From positions 18 to 64,017 of the forward strand of contig CALRBH010000005.1 in the NCBI GenBank assembly GCA_943354165.1: 64,000 bases of DNA, read 5' to 3'. This DNA comes from Candidatus Uhrbacteria bacterium RIFOXYB12_FULL_58_10. Its GTDB lineage: Bacteria; Patescibacteriota; Patescibacteriia; UBA9934; GWF2-40-263. Made by a program: the position numbers and the translations under genes. The notes under the pieces were generated by a model that was given only the letters and a program-made list of their open reading frames with translations, did not search any database and was not told the origin of the DNA. This document shows, in pieces, positions 26,569 to 35,006 of this stretch. The first letter of the stretch is position 1, and each line of letters begins with the position of its first letter.

Positions 26569-29229
26569 TTACAGGGCTTTGAGCTGAACCTCTAAGGCCG
26601 ACAGCTTCAACTGCGCCTCTGCGAGCTTCGCCCGCATCTCGGCGACCACCTTCTCCGGCGCCTTACCAACGAATTCCTTGTTAGTAAGCTTGGCTTCCGT
26701 ACCATCAATGTACTTACGAGCCGAAGCGATCTCGCCTTCGATGCGCGTGCGTTCCTTCGCCATGTCTACGAGACCGGCGAGGGGGATATGTATCGTGAAT
26801 CCGGTACCGACGGCGGACATGCTTCCCTCTGGCTTAGCGGCATCAGCCGCAATCGTCAGTTCGCCCACACGCGCCAATCGACGAATCAGCGATGCGTTCG
26901 CTTCGAGAAGTTCCGCCTGCGCACCCGCCGAAATCACCGCGACAATTTCCTTGGCTGGTTCCACCTTGTAGTCGGCACGCATCGCACGAATCGACGTAAT
27001 GACGCTTCGGACGGTTTCGAACTGCGCTTCGGCCTCTTCGTCGCGCGCGCCCGAACTTGTCGGATAAGGTTCGATGATGAGCATGCCCTTCTCACCCATT
27101 TCCTTCCAGATCGTCTCCGTCACAAACGGCATGAACGGATGCCAGAGGCGAATGATTCCATTGAGAATGAACCGAAGGTTCGCGTCGGTCGATACGAGAA
27201 GCGTCGCGTCCGTACGCTGGATCTTTGCGATCTCGAGATACCAGTCGGCGAACTCACTCCAGGTGAATTCACGCAAAGTTTCTCCGGCGGCAGAGTAATC
27301 CTTGTTCTCAAGGAATCGAACGGTTTTGCTAACAGTTTCCTCGAATCGGGACATGATCCACCGATCAGCCAAGGTCGTTCCTGTGGCCTCCGGCCTAACG
27401 CCTAACGCCTGTGCCCCAACTGTCGTCAGCACGAACCGGGAAATGTTCCAAAGCTTGTTCGTAAAGTTCCGCAAGCCGGCAACCTTCTCCTCAGAGAGCT
27501 TCACGTCGTTCCCCGCCGTCGAACCGATCACGAGCGAGAGACGCGTGGCGTCCGCTCCGTACTTCGCGATCATGTCGAGCGGGTTGATGATGTTGCCGAG
27601 GGACTTCGACATCTTCCTTCCCTGCTCATCACGCACGAGGCCGTGCAAGTAAACTTCCTTGAACGGAACTTCACCGAGAAGATAAGTCGTCATGCTCACC
27701 ATGCGCACGACCCAGAAGGTCAGAATGTCGTAACCTGTTTCGAGAACGCTCGTCGGATGGAATGTCTTGAGATCGTTCGTCTTCTCAGGCCAACCCAATG
27801 TCGAAAACGTCCAAAGTCCGGAGCTGAACCAGGTATCGAGGGTGTCTTCATCCTGAACCCACCCATCTCCCTCAGGAGCCGATGTGCCGACAAAAGTTTC
27901 CTCCCCGACCTCCCGGACCTCCCCAACCTTCCCAACCTTTCGGTACCAGACAGGAACGCGATGTCCGAACCAAATCTGGCGGCTGATACACCAGTCGCGG
28001 AGATTATCGACCCATTGGAAGTAGGCCTTCTCGAATCGCTCTGGGGTGATCTTCACCTTGCCGGAACGAACGGCGTCCTGGGTCAAAGTTTTCAACGTCG
28101 CCTTCTTGCCATCGCGATCAAATTCCTTGGAAGCACTGATAAACCACTGCAATTTAGGCAAAGGTTCGACGGTTCCGCCCGAACGTTCGGCGGTCGCCAA
28201 GTTCTGAATCGTCTTTTCCTCTGCTTCGATGAGACCTTGCTCCTTCAACCATGAAGCGACGATTTCGCGGGCTTCTTTCGTTGTCTTGCCAGCGACGAGT
28301 GGTCCGGCCACCTCGTTCATCCGTCCGTCTTCACCAATCACCTGCTTCAAGGTGAGTCCGTGACGATCTGCGATATCGGCGTCGATCAAACTATGTGCAG
28401 GCGTAACACCAAGCGCACCGGTTCCGAACTCTGGATCGACGGAATCGTCGGCGACGACCTTAATGGAAATCGTCGTGCCAGCGAATGGGATGTTTCCGAA
28501 TGTCATCCCGACGAACTGCTTGTAACGAGCGTCCTTTGGGTTCACGGCCACGGCCATGTCCCCTACTTTGGTCTCCGGGCGCGTCGTGGAAATGGCGATC
28601 GGGAAGTCCTTGCTGTACTTGAACGTATAAAGCGTCGCCTCCACTTCCTTATAGATAATTTCGATGTCTGAAATGGTCGTCTGTCCAAGCGGATCCCAGT
28701 TAATGACGCGATAGCCGCGATAAATAAGGCCGTCGTCGTACATCTTTTTGAAGGCGACATTCACGGTATGATTGCGCTCTGCGTCGAGCGTGTAGGCCTC
28801 GCGACTCCAATCGAGCGAGCTCCCCATCTTCTTGCACTGGTTCACGATAGTATCGTGGCTCTCCTGGGCGAACTTGTTCACCTCATCCAAAAACTTCTCT
28901 CGGCCAAGCGTGTGGCGAGGAGATTTCATGCCGCCCTCGATCAAAAGCTTCTCGACTTTCGACTGAGTTGCAATCGCGGCGTGGTCTGTACCAGGAATCC
29001 AGAGCGCCTTCTTGCCGCGCATGCGCTCAAAACGGACCATGAGGTCCTGGATGGCGAGCATAGTGGCGTGGCCCATGTGGAGCGTGCCGGTCACGTTCGG
29101 TGGAGGCAGAACCATGGAGAACGGTTCTTTGCGTTCGCCTGGAAGATTGTCGGGGTTGAAGAATCCACTCTGTTCCCAGTCCTTATAGACCTGGTCTTCG
29201 TGGGCTCCTGGCTCGTAGGCTTTTGGCAT
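26569..29229 (-). CDS. valS: Valine--tRNA ligase
   Basis: MPKAYEPGAHE.. aligns with ValRS N-termini, and a HIGH-like motif (PPNVTGTLHMGHA), KMSKS and a C-terminal coiled coil are present. A W-family repeat is inserted in-frame at 27901..27943. The ORF extends upstream to 29388 through another W-family copy. Confidence 0.95.
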   Translation of the reverse strand: MPKAYEPGAHEDQVYKDWEQSGFFNPDNLPGERKEPFSMVLPPPNVTGTLHMGHATMLAIQDLMVRFERMRGKKALWIPGTDHAAIATQSKVEKLLIEGGMKSPRHTLGREKFLDEVNKFAQESHDTIVNQCKKMGSSLDWSREAYTLDAERNHTVNVAFKKMYDDGLIYRGYRVINWDPLGQTTISDIEIIYKEVEATLYTFKYSKDFPIAISTTRPETKVGDMAVAVNPKDARYKQFVGMTFGNIPFAGTTISIKVVADDSVDPEFGTGALGVTPAHSLIDADIADRHGLTLKQVIGEDGRMNEVAGPLVAGKTTKEAREIVASWLKEQGLIEAEEKTIQNLATAERSGGTVEPLPKLQWFISASKEFDRDGKKATLKTLTQDAVRSGKVKITPERFEKAYFQWVDNLRDWCISRQIWFGHRVPVWYRKVGKVGEVREVGEETFVGTSAPEGDGWVQDEDTLDTWFSSGLWTFSTLGWPEKTNDLKTFHPTSVLETGYDILTFWVVRMVSMTTYLLGEVPFKEVYLHGLVRDEQGRKMSKSLGNIINPLDMIAKYGADATRLSLVIGSTAGNDVKLSEEKVAGLRNFTNKLWNISRFVLTTVGAQALGVRPEATGTTLADRWIMSRFEETVSKTVRFLENKDYSAAGETLREFTWSEFADWYLEIAKIQRTDATLLVSTDANLRFILNGIIRLWHPFMPFVTETIWKEMGEKGMLIIEPYPTSSGARDEEAEAQFETVRSVITSIRAMRADYKVEPAKEIVAVISAGAQAELLEANASLIRRLARVGELTIAADAAKPEGSMSAVGTGFTIHIPLAGLVDMAKERTRIEGEIASARKYIDGTEAKLTNKEFVGKAPEKVVAEMRAKLAEAQLKLSALEVQLKAL
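27901..27943. repeat. W-family repeat (GGTTGGGGAAGTTTGGGAGGTTCGGAAGG type) inserted in-frame in valS, encoding KVGKVGEVREVGEE
   Basis: The plus strand ctccccgacctcccggacctccccaaccttcccaacctttcgg is the reverse complement of the family consensus. It lies in the conserved ..WYRK^..TFVG.. region. Confidence 0.8.
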
Positions 29230-29244
29230 GTCGGGCATAAGCGA

Positions 29245-29284
29245 GAGGTTTGGAAGGTTGGGGAGGTTCGGAAGGTTTGGAAGG
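29245..29284. repeat. W-family repeat just upstream of the valS start. If translated in the valS frame it would encode LPNLPNLPNL.
   Basis: gaggtttggaaggttggggaggttcggaaggtttggaagg. Confidence 0.8.
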
Positions 29285-29336
29285 ATGAGTTGAATCGGGT
29301 TTACTGTAGGGGAAATTGGGCTGGGGGGCAATATTG

Positions 29337-29361
29337 ATGTCATCACAAATTGTGATGACAT
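29337..29361. promoter_or_regulatory. Perfect 12-1-12 palindrome atgtcatcacaa-a-ttgtgatgacat (possible operator), with a second related palindrome at 29654..29678 (ctaaggtcacaa-t-ttgtgaccttag)
   Basis: Both palindromes share the core TCACAA-N-TTGTGA. One lies just downstream of the ORF6N gene stop and the other inside its coding region. Confidence 0.4.
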
Positions 29362-29365
29362 GGCG

Positions 29366-29905
29366 TCAACTTTTGAATCCGATTTCATCTTGTGATGAGT
29401 CTGGTTCGGAGAGAAGATGGCGCAGAGCCTCGAATACCGTGACGAACTGCTCGTCGTATGTCTTTTCCATCGCTTCTACTTTTTCAAGTAAGTCCTTATA
29501 ACCCTGGATCATTTCTCGCATTCTCGTAAATACACGGATGATCTGAATATTTACAAGAATCGCCCGCTCACTCTTTAGAACACTTGAAAGCATGGCAACG
29601 CCTTGCTCAGTAAAAGCCATTGGTCTCCAACGAAAATGTGTGGAGTCTTCGCCTAAGGTCACAATTTGTGACCTTAGATTTCTTGCTTCATACACAGTTA
29701 AAATGAACATAAAATCCTCCGGAAACCGTTCACTGTTTCGTTTCACTGCTTGCTTCAATACCTTCGTGGGCACGCCGTACAGTTCGGCTAAATCCGCATC
29801 CAACATCACCTTCCTCCCCCGAATCACGAAAATCCGTTGCTCAATCCTCTCCGACGGTACGAGCGACATATCCATACACGTAAAAAATAAAAACGCCTCC
29901 GGCAC
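29366..29905 (-). CDS. ORF6N (KilA-N-related) domain protein, typical of phage/mobile-element antirepressor-like genes. The region is locally AT-rich.
   Basis: RIFVIRGRKVMLDADLAELYGVPTKVLKQAVKRNSERFPEDFMFILT matches the ORF6N domain signature. The segment visibly has lower GC than its flanks. Confidence 0.7.
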   Translation of the reverse strand: MPEAFLFFTCMDMSLVPSERIEQRIFVIRGRKVMLDADLAELYGVPTKVLKQAVKRNSERFPEDFMFILTVYEARNLRSQIVTLGEDSTHFRWRPMAFTEQGVAMLSSVLKSERAILVNIQIIRVFTRMREMIQGYKDLLEKVEAMEKTYDEQFVTVFEALRHLLSEPDSSQDEIGFKS

Positions 29906-30069
29906 AAATGCGGGAGGCTACTTATGCAGGTATTAAACCTGATTTTTTCGTTTTTGTCAAACCTGAACATGCAGGCTTGACGCCTCTCAAATTGATCGCT
30001 AAGGTACGCCATTCCCATGCTTGTCTCTTACGGGGCCCTTACGCCCTGGAGGATACTCTTAGGCAACGC

Positions 30070-31206
30070 ATGCCCTTCAATAAGGCCCAACAAATCAGCG
30101 AAGCATTGAAGCGGAGTGCCTCTCCGGTGGTTTGCGTAGCTGAGGGGGCTGGGGCCGATGGATACGCCGCCGCACTTGGCCTTGCCCGCGCCCTCGGCAA
30201 GCTTGGCAAGAAAGTAGAGATCGTCGCAGCCGACGGGAAGACTCCATCCGTCCTCTCCTTCCTCGCAGGTGCCGACACCGTAAAAACTACCTTCGAACGC
30301 CTCCGCCGGTTCCGGATTGAACTCGATATTTCAAAGACTCCGGTGGACGGCCTTTCCTACGAATTGAAAAACCAGAAACTGCTCATTCACCTCGAACCTC
30401 GCCAGGGATCTTGGAAGAAGGAAGATGTGAAGATGGCCGCCTCGATGTACCGCCACGACCTCATCATCGTCCTCGGAGCTGCGGACTTTGAAGCGTGTGG
30501 GAAGCTCTACTCCGCGCATCCGGATTTCTTCACGCACACTCCCGTCCTCAACATCGATGTTCGCGCGGAGAACGAACATTTCGGTCATCTCAACGCTGTT
30601 GACCTTACGGCCTCCTCGCTTGGCGAAGCCTGTCTCGCGATCGTTGAATCGATGGACCCGTCGCTCGTCGACGAAGAGATGGCGACTGCCTTCCTCACCG
30701 GCATCATCGCCCGCACCCGTAGTTTCCGCGCCCGCACCGTGACACCGAAGCATCTCGAAGTAGCTGGAAAGCTTCTTGGAAAAGGAGCGAAGCGCGATAA
30801 GATCGTCGAGAACCTTTATCGCACTCGAACAGTCCCTACGCTCAAGCTTTGGGGCACCGCGCTTACCCGACTTAAGTCCGACGTAGCAACGAAACTCGTC
30901 TGGTGCGTCCTCACCCGCGCCGACTTTACGGCGGCTGGGACCGATGAACGCGAACTCGCCGACGTTGTCGACGAACTTATCACTTCGAGCCCTGACGCCC
31001 AGGTCATCGCCCTCTTCTATGAGGCGGCCGACGGGTCCATTCAGACCCTGGTCCGCGCCGAGCGCCCCCGCAACGCCGTTTCCCTCACAGAAAACTGGCA
31101 TGGCATCGGGACGCCGGAAGAGGCTCGTGTGAGCTTCAAGGGAAAGACGATTATTGATGTGGAACGCGAGGTCATCGCACAGATGAAAAAGACGCTGACT
31201 GCATAA
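30070..31206 (+). CDS. DHH/DHHA1 family phosphoesterase (NrnA-like), with DHH motifs partly degenerate
   Basis: It has DHHA1-like C-terminal motifs. The N-terminal region VVCVAEGAGADGYAAALGL lacks the canonical His residues. The ORF begins at 29908, and the start at 30070 (MPFNKAQ) is inferred from alignment with NrnA. Confidence 0.5.
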   Translation: MPFNKAQQISEALKRSASPVVCVAEGAGADGYAAALGLARALGKLGKKVEIVAADGKTPSVLSFLAGADTVKTTFERLRRFRIELDISKTPVDGLSYELKNQKLLIHLEPRQGSWKKEDVKMAASMYRHDLIIVLGAADFEACGKLYSAHPDFFTHTPVLNIDVRAENEHFGHLNAVDLTASSLGEACLAIVESMDPSLVDEEMATAFLTGIIARTRSFRARTVTPKHLEVAGKLLGKGAKRDKIVENLYRTRTVPTLKLWGTALTRLKSDVATKLVWCVLTRADFTAAGTDERELADVVDELITSSPDAQVIALFYEAADGSIQTLVRAERPRNAVSLTENWHGIGTPEEARVSFKGKTIIDVEREVIAQMKKTLTA

Positions 31207-31236
31207 AGCCGATCCTCGAGGGTCGGCTTTATTTCT
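31206..31236 (+). terminator. Rho-independent terminator
   Basis: aaagccgatcc-tcgag-ggtcggcttt is followed by atttc. Confidence 0.65.
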
Positions 31237-31253
31237 GGTACAATGCCCGCACT

Positions 31254-32603
31254 ATGAACGGAGGAGCCGAAGCCGTACGCGAAGCTCTTGGGCGCGATCA
31301 TGCGCTTGGGTTTGCGTTTCAGCTCATGAAGGATTGCTCCGATGCGGAGATATTCCTCGTTGGAGGGTTCGTGCGCGATGCCCTGCTTGGCCATCCGTCC
31401 AAGGATGCGGACTTTGTCGTACGCGGTATCAGCCAGGAAAAGCTCGAGGCTTGGCTCAGTGAGTATGGCGAGGTCGTGTTCGTCGGCCGCGCGTTTGGGG
31501 TCTACAAGTTCAAGCCATCGATCCATCCAGAACACGACGAAATCGACATTGCCCTGCCACGTACAGAGGTGCCGACTCAGGACAGCCTTGGCGGGTACCG
31601 GGATTTTTCGATGAAGTCCGATGCGATGCTTTCCATCGAGGACGATTTGGCTCGCCGGGACTTTACGATCAATGCCATCGCATACAACTTGAAGGACAAC
31701 ACGCTCGTTGATCCGTTTGGCGGACTCAAGGATCTCGAGGCGAAGATCTTACGCACCGTAGGCGAACCGAAGGATCGATTCGCCGAGGATCTTTCCCGTG
31801 TCCTTCGAGGGATCCGGTTCAGCGCCACCTTGGATTTCACGATCGAGGATGCAACCTGGTGGGCGATCAAGGACGCGGCCTCGCATATCAATCGCACGCG
31901 GGAGGTCGATGACAAAACCGTGTTCGTGGTTCCGCGCGAAACCGTGGGAACCGAGCTCGTGAAGGCGATCCATGCGAACCCGCACGCGTCTCTCAAGCAT
32001 CTGCACGACGCCGGGCTCATGCGTGAACTGTTTCCAGAGCTTGAGCACCTGGTGGTTCACTCCTCCTACCTCGACGTCCTCTCAAAGATGCACGCTGATG
32101 CCCCACCGGACGCCGTGTTCGCCGTTTTGCTGCGCGGCATTCCTACGGAACGCGTCGGCGCCCTGCTTCACCAGAGCGGACTCGACGCCCTGCCCCGCAC
32201 ACACCCGCTGCGCCTGCATGCGAACGACATCACTTGGATCGTCGCCACGCTCCAGGACGGACGCCCGGATCCAACGGCGCTCGTCGCCTGCGACTTCGAA
32301 CGCTTCTTCATGAACGAGCGTGCCCCCGCCTACCTCGCCGCCCTCACTGCACAAGGCCACGAGGACGAAGCGCGCCGCGCACGATTGCGAGCTGCAGAAA
32401 TCCGCGCGCGCTGGTGGGCCACGGACGATGAAAAGATCCCGCCGCTGGTCTCAGGAAACGACGCGACGAATCTAGGCCTGGCCCCTGGCCCCGCCGTTCG
32501 TCTGCTCCTCGATGCGATGCGCTCTGCGCAGCTCGAAGGCCAGGTGAAAAATCGCACGGCGGCGCTACACATGATGGAACAATTGATAAAGGAGATGGAA
32601 TAA
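31254..32603 (+). CDS. cca: CCA-adding tRNA nucleotidyltransferase (Pol-beta head domain type, no HD domain)
   Basis: The head motif is GGFVRDALLG..DADFVV, followed by RRDFTINAIAY and a C-terminal tRNA-binding body. Confidence 0.8.
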   Translation: MNGGAEAVREALGRDHALGFAFQLMKDCSDAEIFLVGGFVRDALLGHPSKDADFVVRGISQEKLEAWLSEYGEVVFVGRAFGVYKFKPSIHPEHDEIDIALPRTEVPTQDSLGGYRDFSMKSDAMLSIEDDLARRDFTINAIAYNLKDNTLVDPFGGLKDLEAKILRTVGEPKDRFAEDLSRVLRGIRFSATLDFTIEDATWWAIKDAASHINRTREVDDKTVFVVPRETVGTELVKAIHANPHASLKHLHDAGLMRELFPELEHLVVHSSYLDVLSKMHADAPPDAVFAVLLRGIPTERVGALLHQSGLDALPRTHPLRLHANDITWIVATLQDGRPDPTALVACDFERFFMNERAPAYLAALTAQGHEDEARRARLRAAEIRARWWATDDEKIPPLVSGNDATNLGLAPGPAVRLLLDAMRSAQLEGQVKNRTAALHMMEQLIKEME

Positions 32604-32605
32604 CA

Positions 32606-32634
32606 AAACCCGGTCACTGAGTGACCGGGTTTTG
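32606..32634. terminator. Bidirectional terminator hairpin
   Basis: aaaacccggtcac-tgag-tgaccgggtttt. Confidence 0.7.
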
Positions 32635-32635
32635 T

Positions 32636-32712
32636 GGTGGGCGGTACAAGGCTCGAACTTGTGACCTTCACAATGTCAATGTGACGCTCTAACCAACTGA
32701 GCTAACCGCCCA
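32636..32712 (-). tRNA. tRNA-Val (anticodon GAC), CCA encoded
   Basis: The reverse complement is GGGCGGTTAGCTCAGTTGGTTAGAGCGTCACATTGACATTGTGAAGGTCACAAGTTCGAGCCTTGTACCGCCCACCA. Confidence 0.9.
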
Positions 32713-32752
32713 TGCCGAAGCGCGGGCATCGTATGTAAAATGCGATGCGCTG

Positions 32753-34006
32753 TCAACGCTTCGAACGCGCCGCCAACATGAGGTCTGAGACGTTCGCTCC
32801 GGTGATCCCCGTCTTGATCTGGCTCCCGACTTTCTTGAAAAACGTATACGCGTCGTTGTCCGCCAAATACTTCTCCGGGTCGAGCTTGAGGCGCTTTGCC
32901 TTTGCCGCAACAGTCACGTCGGCAATGGCTCCAGCGACTGGTGTGTTATCGATCCCGTCAGATGCACACGAAATAACAAGGCTGTCGTCTTCGATGTGCG
33001 GAAGAGCTCCCAGTACCAGCTCCTGATTGCGTCCGCCCTTCCCTTTTCCCTTGAGTGTAACCGTGGTTTCTCCGGCCGCGATAACCATTTCCCCAGGCCG
33101 TGGCAGACCTGCGAGCAGGCGACCCACCTCGCGAGCCTCGCCGCTCACGCTCGTGCCGTATACGCGCAGCGCATACCCGCGACGCTTTGCCTCTTTCCCC
33201 ATCGCCTCAACGGCCTTCGCATTGTTCACGAGGAGAATATTCGTGACGTTCCGGAATATATGTGGATCCTTGGGCGTCTCGCGCAATTCACAGGCAGGCA
33301 TGCGACAGAGTTTGAGAAGGTCATGGTGTTTCATGATGCGTTCAGCGTCCGCAACGGTCGTTGTATCCATTACGGTCGGACCCGAAGCAACTACGCCGAT
33401 ATCATCTCCCGGAACATCGGAAAAAATAAGTCCGAGCACGGTGGCAGGTGCGGCCATGGCGGCCAATTGTCCGCCCTGAACCTCAGAGAGGTGTTTGCGT
33501 ACCGTGTTCATCTCGTGGATGTCGGCTCCTGCGTTCATCATGGCCTGTGTGATCATGGAAACCTGATCGCAGGTGATCGAATACGGCCAGCACAGGAGCG
33601 CGGACCCGCCTCCGGAAATAATCGCGATGACAAGATCATCCTCGCGAAGGCTTTTTAGGATCCCAAGGATATCCCCGGTGGCGCGGATGTTCGACATGGA
33701 CGGCAACGGATGCGTCCCAGCAATACTTTTCACCTTCTTGAGCTTGCCACGCTTCACGTCGAGCACGACCCCGTCCGTCAGCGAATCACCAAGAAGACCT
33801 TCGAGCTCCTTCGCGGCATCGAACGCCGCTTTTCCAATCCCAATGAGGTATACGCGACCGAATTTTTTGAGATCAAAAATCTGTCCGTCCACCACAAGAC
33901 GGTTTCCGATGCGTTTCACCTTCGTATTCACCACATCGGTCGTACGGACCGCATCCATCCCCGCCTTCAGCACAGCCAGGGCATCCGCGCGCAATGAGTG
34001 CTTCAT
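32753..34006 (-). CDS. Glycerate kinase (MOFRL family, GckA/TtuD-like)
   Basis: The 417-aa protein has DUF4147 + MOFRL architecture (GIGKAA.., IISGGGSALL, GGRNQE). Confidence 0.8.
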   Translation of the reverse strand: MKHSLRADALAVLKAGMDAVRTTDVVNTKVKRIGNRLVVDGQIFDLKKFGRVYLIGIGKAAFDAAKELEGLLGDSLTDGVVLDVKRGKLKKVKSIAGTHPLPSMSNIRATGDILGILKSLREDDLVIAIISGGGSALLCWPYSITCDQVSMITQAMMNAGADIHEMNTVRKHLSEVQGGQLAAMAAPATVLGLIFSDVPGDDIGVVASGPTVMDTTTVADAERIMKHHDLLKLCRMPACELRETPKDPHIFRNVTNILLVNNAKAVEAMGKEAKRRGYALRVYGTSVSGEAREVGRLLAGLPRPGEMVIAAGETTVTLKGKGKGGRNQELVLGALPHIEDDSLVISCASDGIDNTPVAGAIADVTVAAKAKRLKLDPEKYLADNDAYTFFKKVGSQIKTGITGANVSDLMLAARSKR

Positions 34007-34434
34007 ACGATATGAGTATGTTCATCATCCGTTGGTTCATCGAGCCGAATCCATGGTTCCGAGTCCGTGCGGGAGAGATACATGATCAGGAATCCTCCGA
34101 GCACTACAACCGCTGCCCCGATGAGGAGCGTGCCGAGGATGGCGACGGATCCGCACCCGACGAGTGCGACGATCTGCTCGGCATCATTGGTACTATCCAG
34201 GAGGCAGGCGGTCAGCGAACCTTGCGCGTACCGCACACCGATGAGTGATGATCCGATCCCGGAAGCGAGGGCGAGGAGGCTGAACAGGCAGCTGAACCTG
34301 ACCTTGCGGACGCGGCCAAGGCGCAGCAGGGCGACCAGAGAAAAAAAGACCCCTCCAAGCACCCAATACGCAAAGAAGGAGATAATCGAAAGGATAATGA
34401 AGAGGGCGGTCAGCTCGGGGGGCATGCCAAACAT
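34003..34434 (-). CDS. Hypothetical membrane protein (4 TM)
   Basis: Its stop overlaps the glycerate kinase start by 4 nt (ATGA). The start is taken at MFGMPPEL; the ORF extends to 34503. Confidence 0.45.
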   Translation of the reverse strand: MFGMPPELTALFIILSIISFFAYWVLGGVFFSLVALLRLGRVRKVRFSCLFSLLALASGIGSSLIGVRYAQGSLTACLLDSTNDAEQIVALVGCGSVAILGTLLIGAAVVVLGGFLIMYLSRTDSEPWIRLDEPTDDEHTHIV

Positions 34435-34527
34435 AGTAAAAGAGAGTATACGGGGATTTCCGCTGCATTGACAATCGGCCTCCCGACAGGTAGAACAACT
34501 CATCGCCCCGGGTTAGAATGACCGACA

Positions 34528-34620
34528 TCGGGTCCGTAGCTCAGCCCCGACGCTCCCTGATGGGAGGTCGGGGGTCCGACCGCCTCAGCGCGTCGGACCT
34601 GGTTACTCGCTCGGCAAACT
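34528..34620. repeat. tRNA-associated element 5' of tRNA-Ile(TAT): the tRNA 5' 15 nt (GGGTCCGTAGCTCAG), a 55-nt GC-rich hairpin insert, TGGTTA and 17 nt
   Basis: The insert CCCCGACGCTCCCTGATGGGAGGTCGGGGGTCCGACCGCCTCAGCGCGTCGGACC is clearly homologous to the insert in the 85-bp units at 17376..17630. Confidence 0.85.
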
Positions 34621-34621
34621 T

Positions 34622-34698
34622 GGGTCCGTAGCTCAGTTGGTTAGAGCGCCGAGCTTATACCTCGGTGGTCGATGGTTCGAGTCCATCCGGACCCACCA
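34622..34698 (+). tRNA. tRNA-Ile (anticodon TAT), an unusual UAU anticodon, CCA encoded
   Basis: GGGTCCGTAGCTCAGTTGGTTAGAGCGCCGAGCTTATACCTCGGTGGTCGATGGTTCGAGTCCATCCGGACCCACCA has a 7-bp acceptor stem, the anticodon stem CCGAG/CTCGG and the loop CTTATAC. Confidence 0.8.
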
Positions 34699-34709
34699 AT
34701 CAAATATCT

Positions 34710-34889
34710 ATGCCATTTCTGCTTCTCGGAATAGTCAGCCTGGTCGCTGGACTCATCTTCCATCGGCTCGCAAAGAAAAATCATGACCACGACGGCGAGC
34801 TCGGTTCTACCGGACTCATCCTCGGCGGGATCCTTTTGATCGTCTTTTTTGGACTGTATTACCGGGTCGTGACGCTGTTTGGTAACTAA
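34710..34889 (+). CDS. Hypothetical small membrane protein (59 aa, 2 TM)
   Basis: MPFLLLGIVSLVAGLIFHRL...ILGGILLIVFFGLYY lies between tRNA-Ile and a TAGTAG hairpin. Confidence 0.35.
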   Translation: MPFLLLGIVSLVAGLIFHRLAKKNHDHDGELGSTGLILGGILLIVFFGLYYRVVTLFGN

Positions 34890-34898
34890 AGAACAAGA

Positions 34899-34997
34899 GT
34901 TAGTAGATAGTAGTAAGTAGTTAGTAGATAGTAGTAAGTAGTTAGTAGATTTTCCGTCGCACATCCCTACTAACTACTATCTACTAACTACTAACTC
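34899..34997. repeat. TAGTAG-family hairpin, copy T3 (left arm internally duplicated)
   Basis: gttagtagatagtagtaagtagttagtagatagtagtaagtagttagtagat, a loop, then tactaactactatctactaactactaactca. Confidence 0.85.
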
Positions 34998-35006
34998 ACG
35001 CACCCT

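Noticed and set aside
24102-26582. Long plus-strand ORFs (373 and 439 aa) across argS and tyrS
   Set aside because: They are antisense to clear aminoacyl-tRNA synthetase genes and are typical GC-rich antisense open frames.
29245-29388. N-terminal 53-residue extension of the valS ORF containing PNLPNLPNLPNL
   Set aside because: ValRS alignment begins at MPKAYEPG (29229). The extension is most likely 5' UTR carrying a W-family repeat, although translation from the upstream ATG cannot be excluded.
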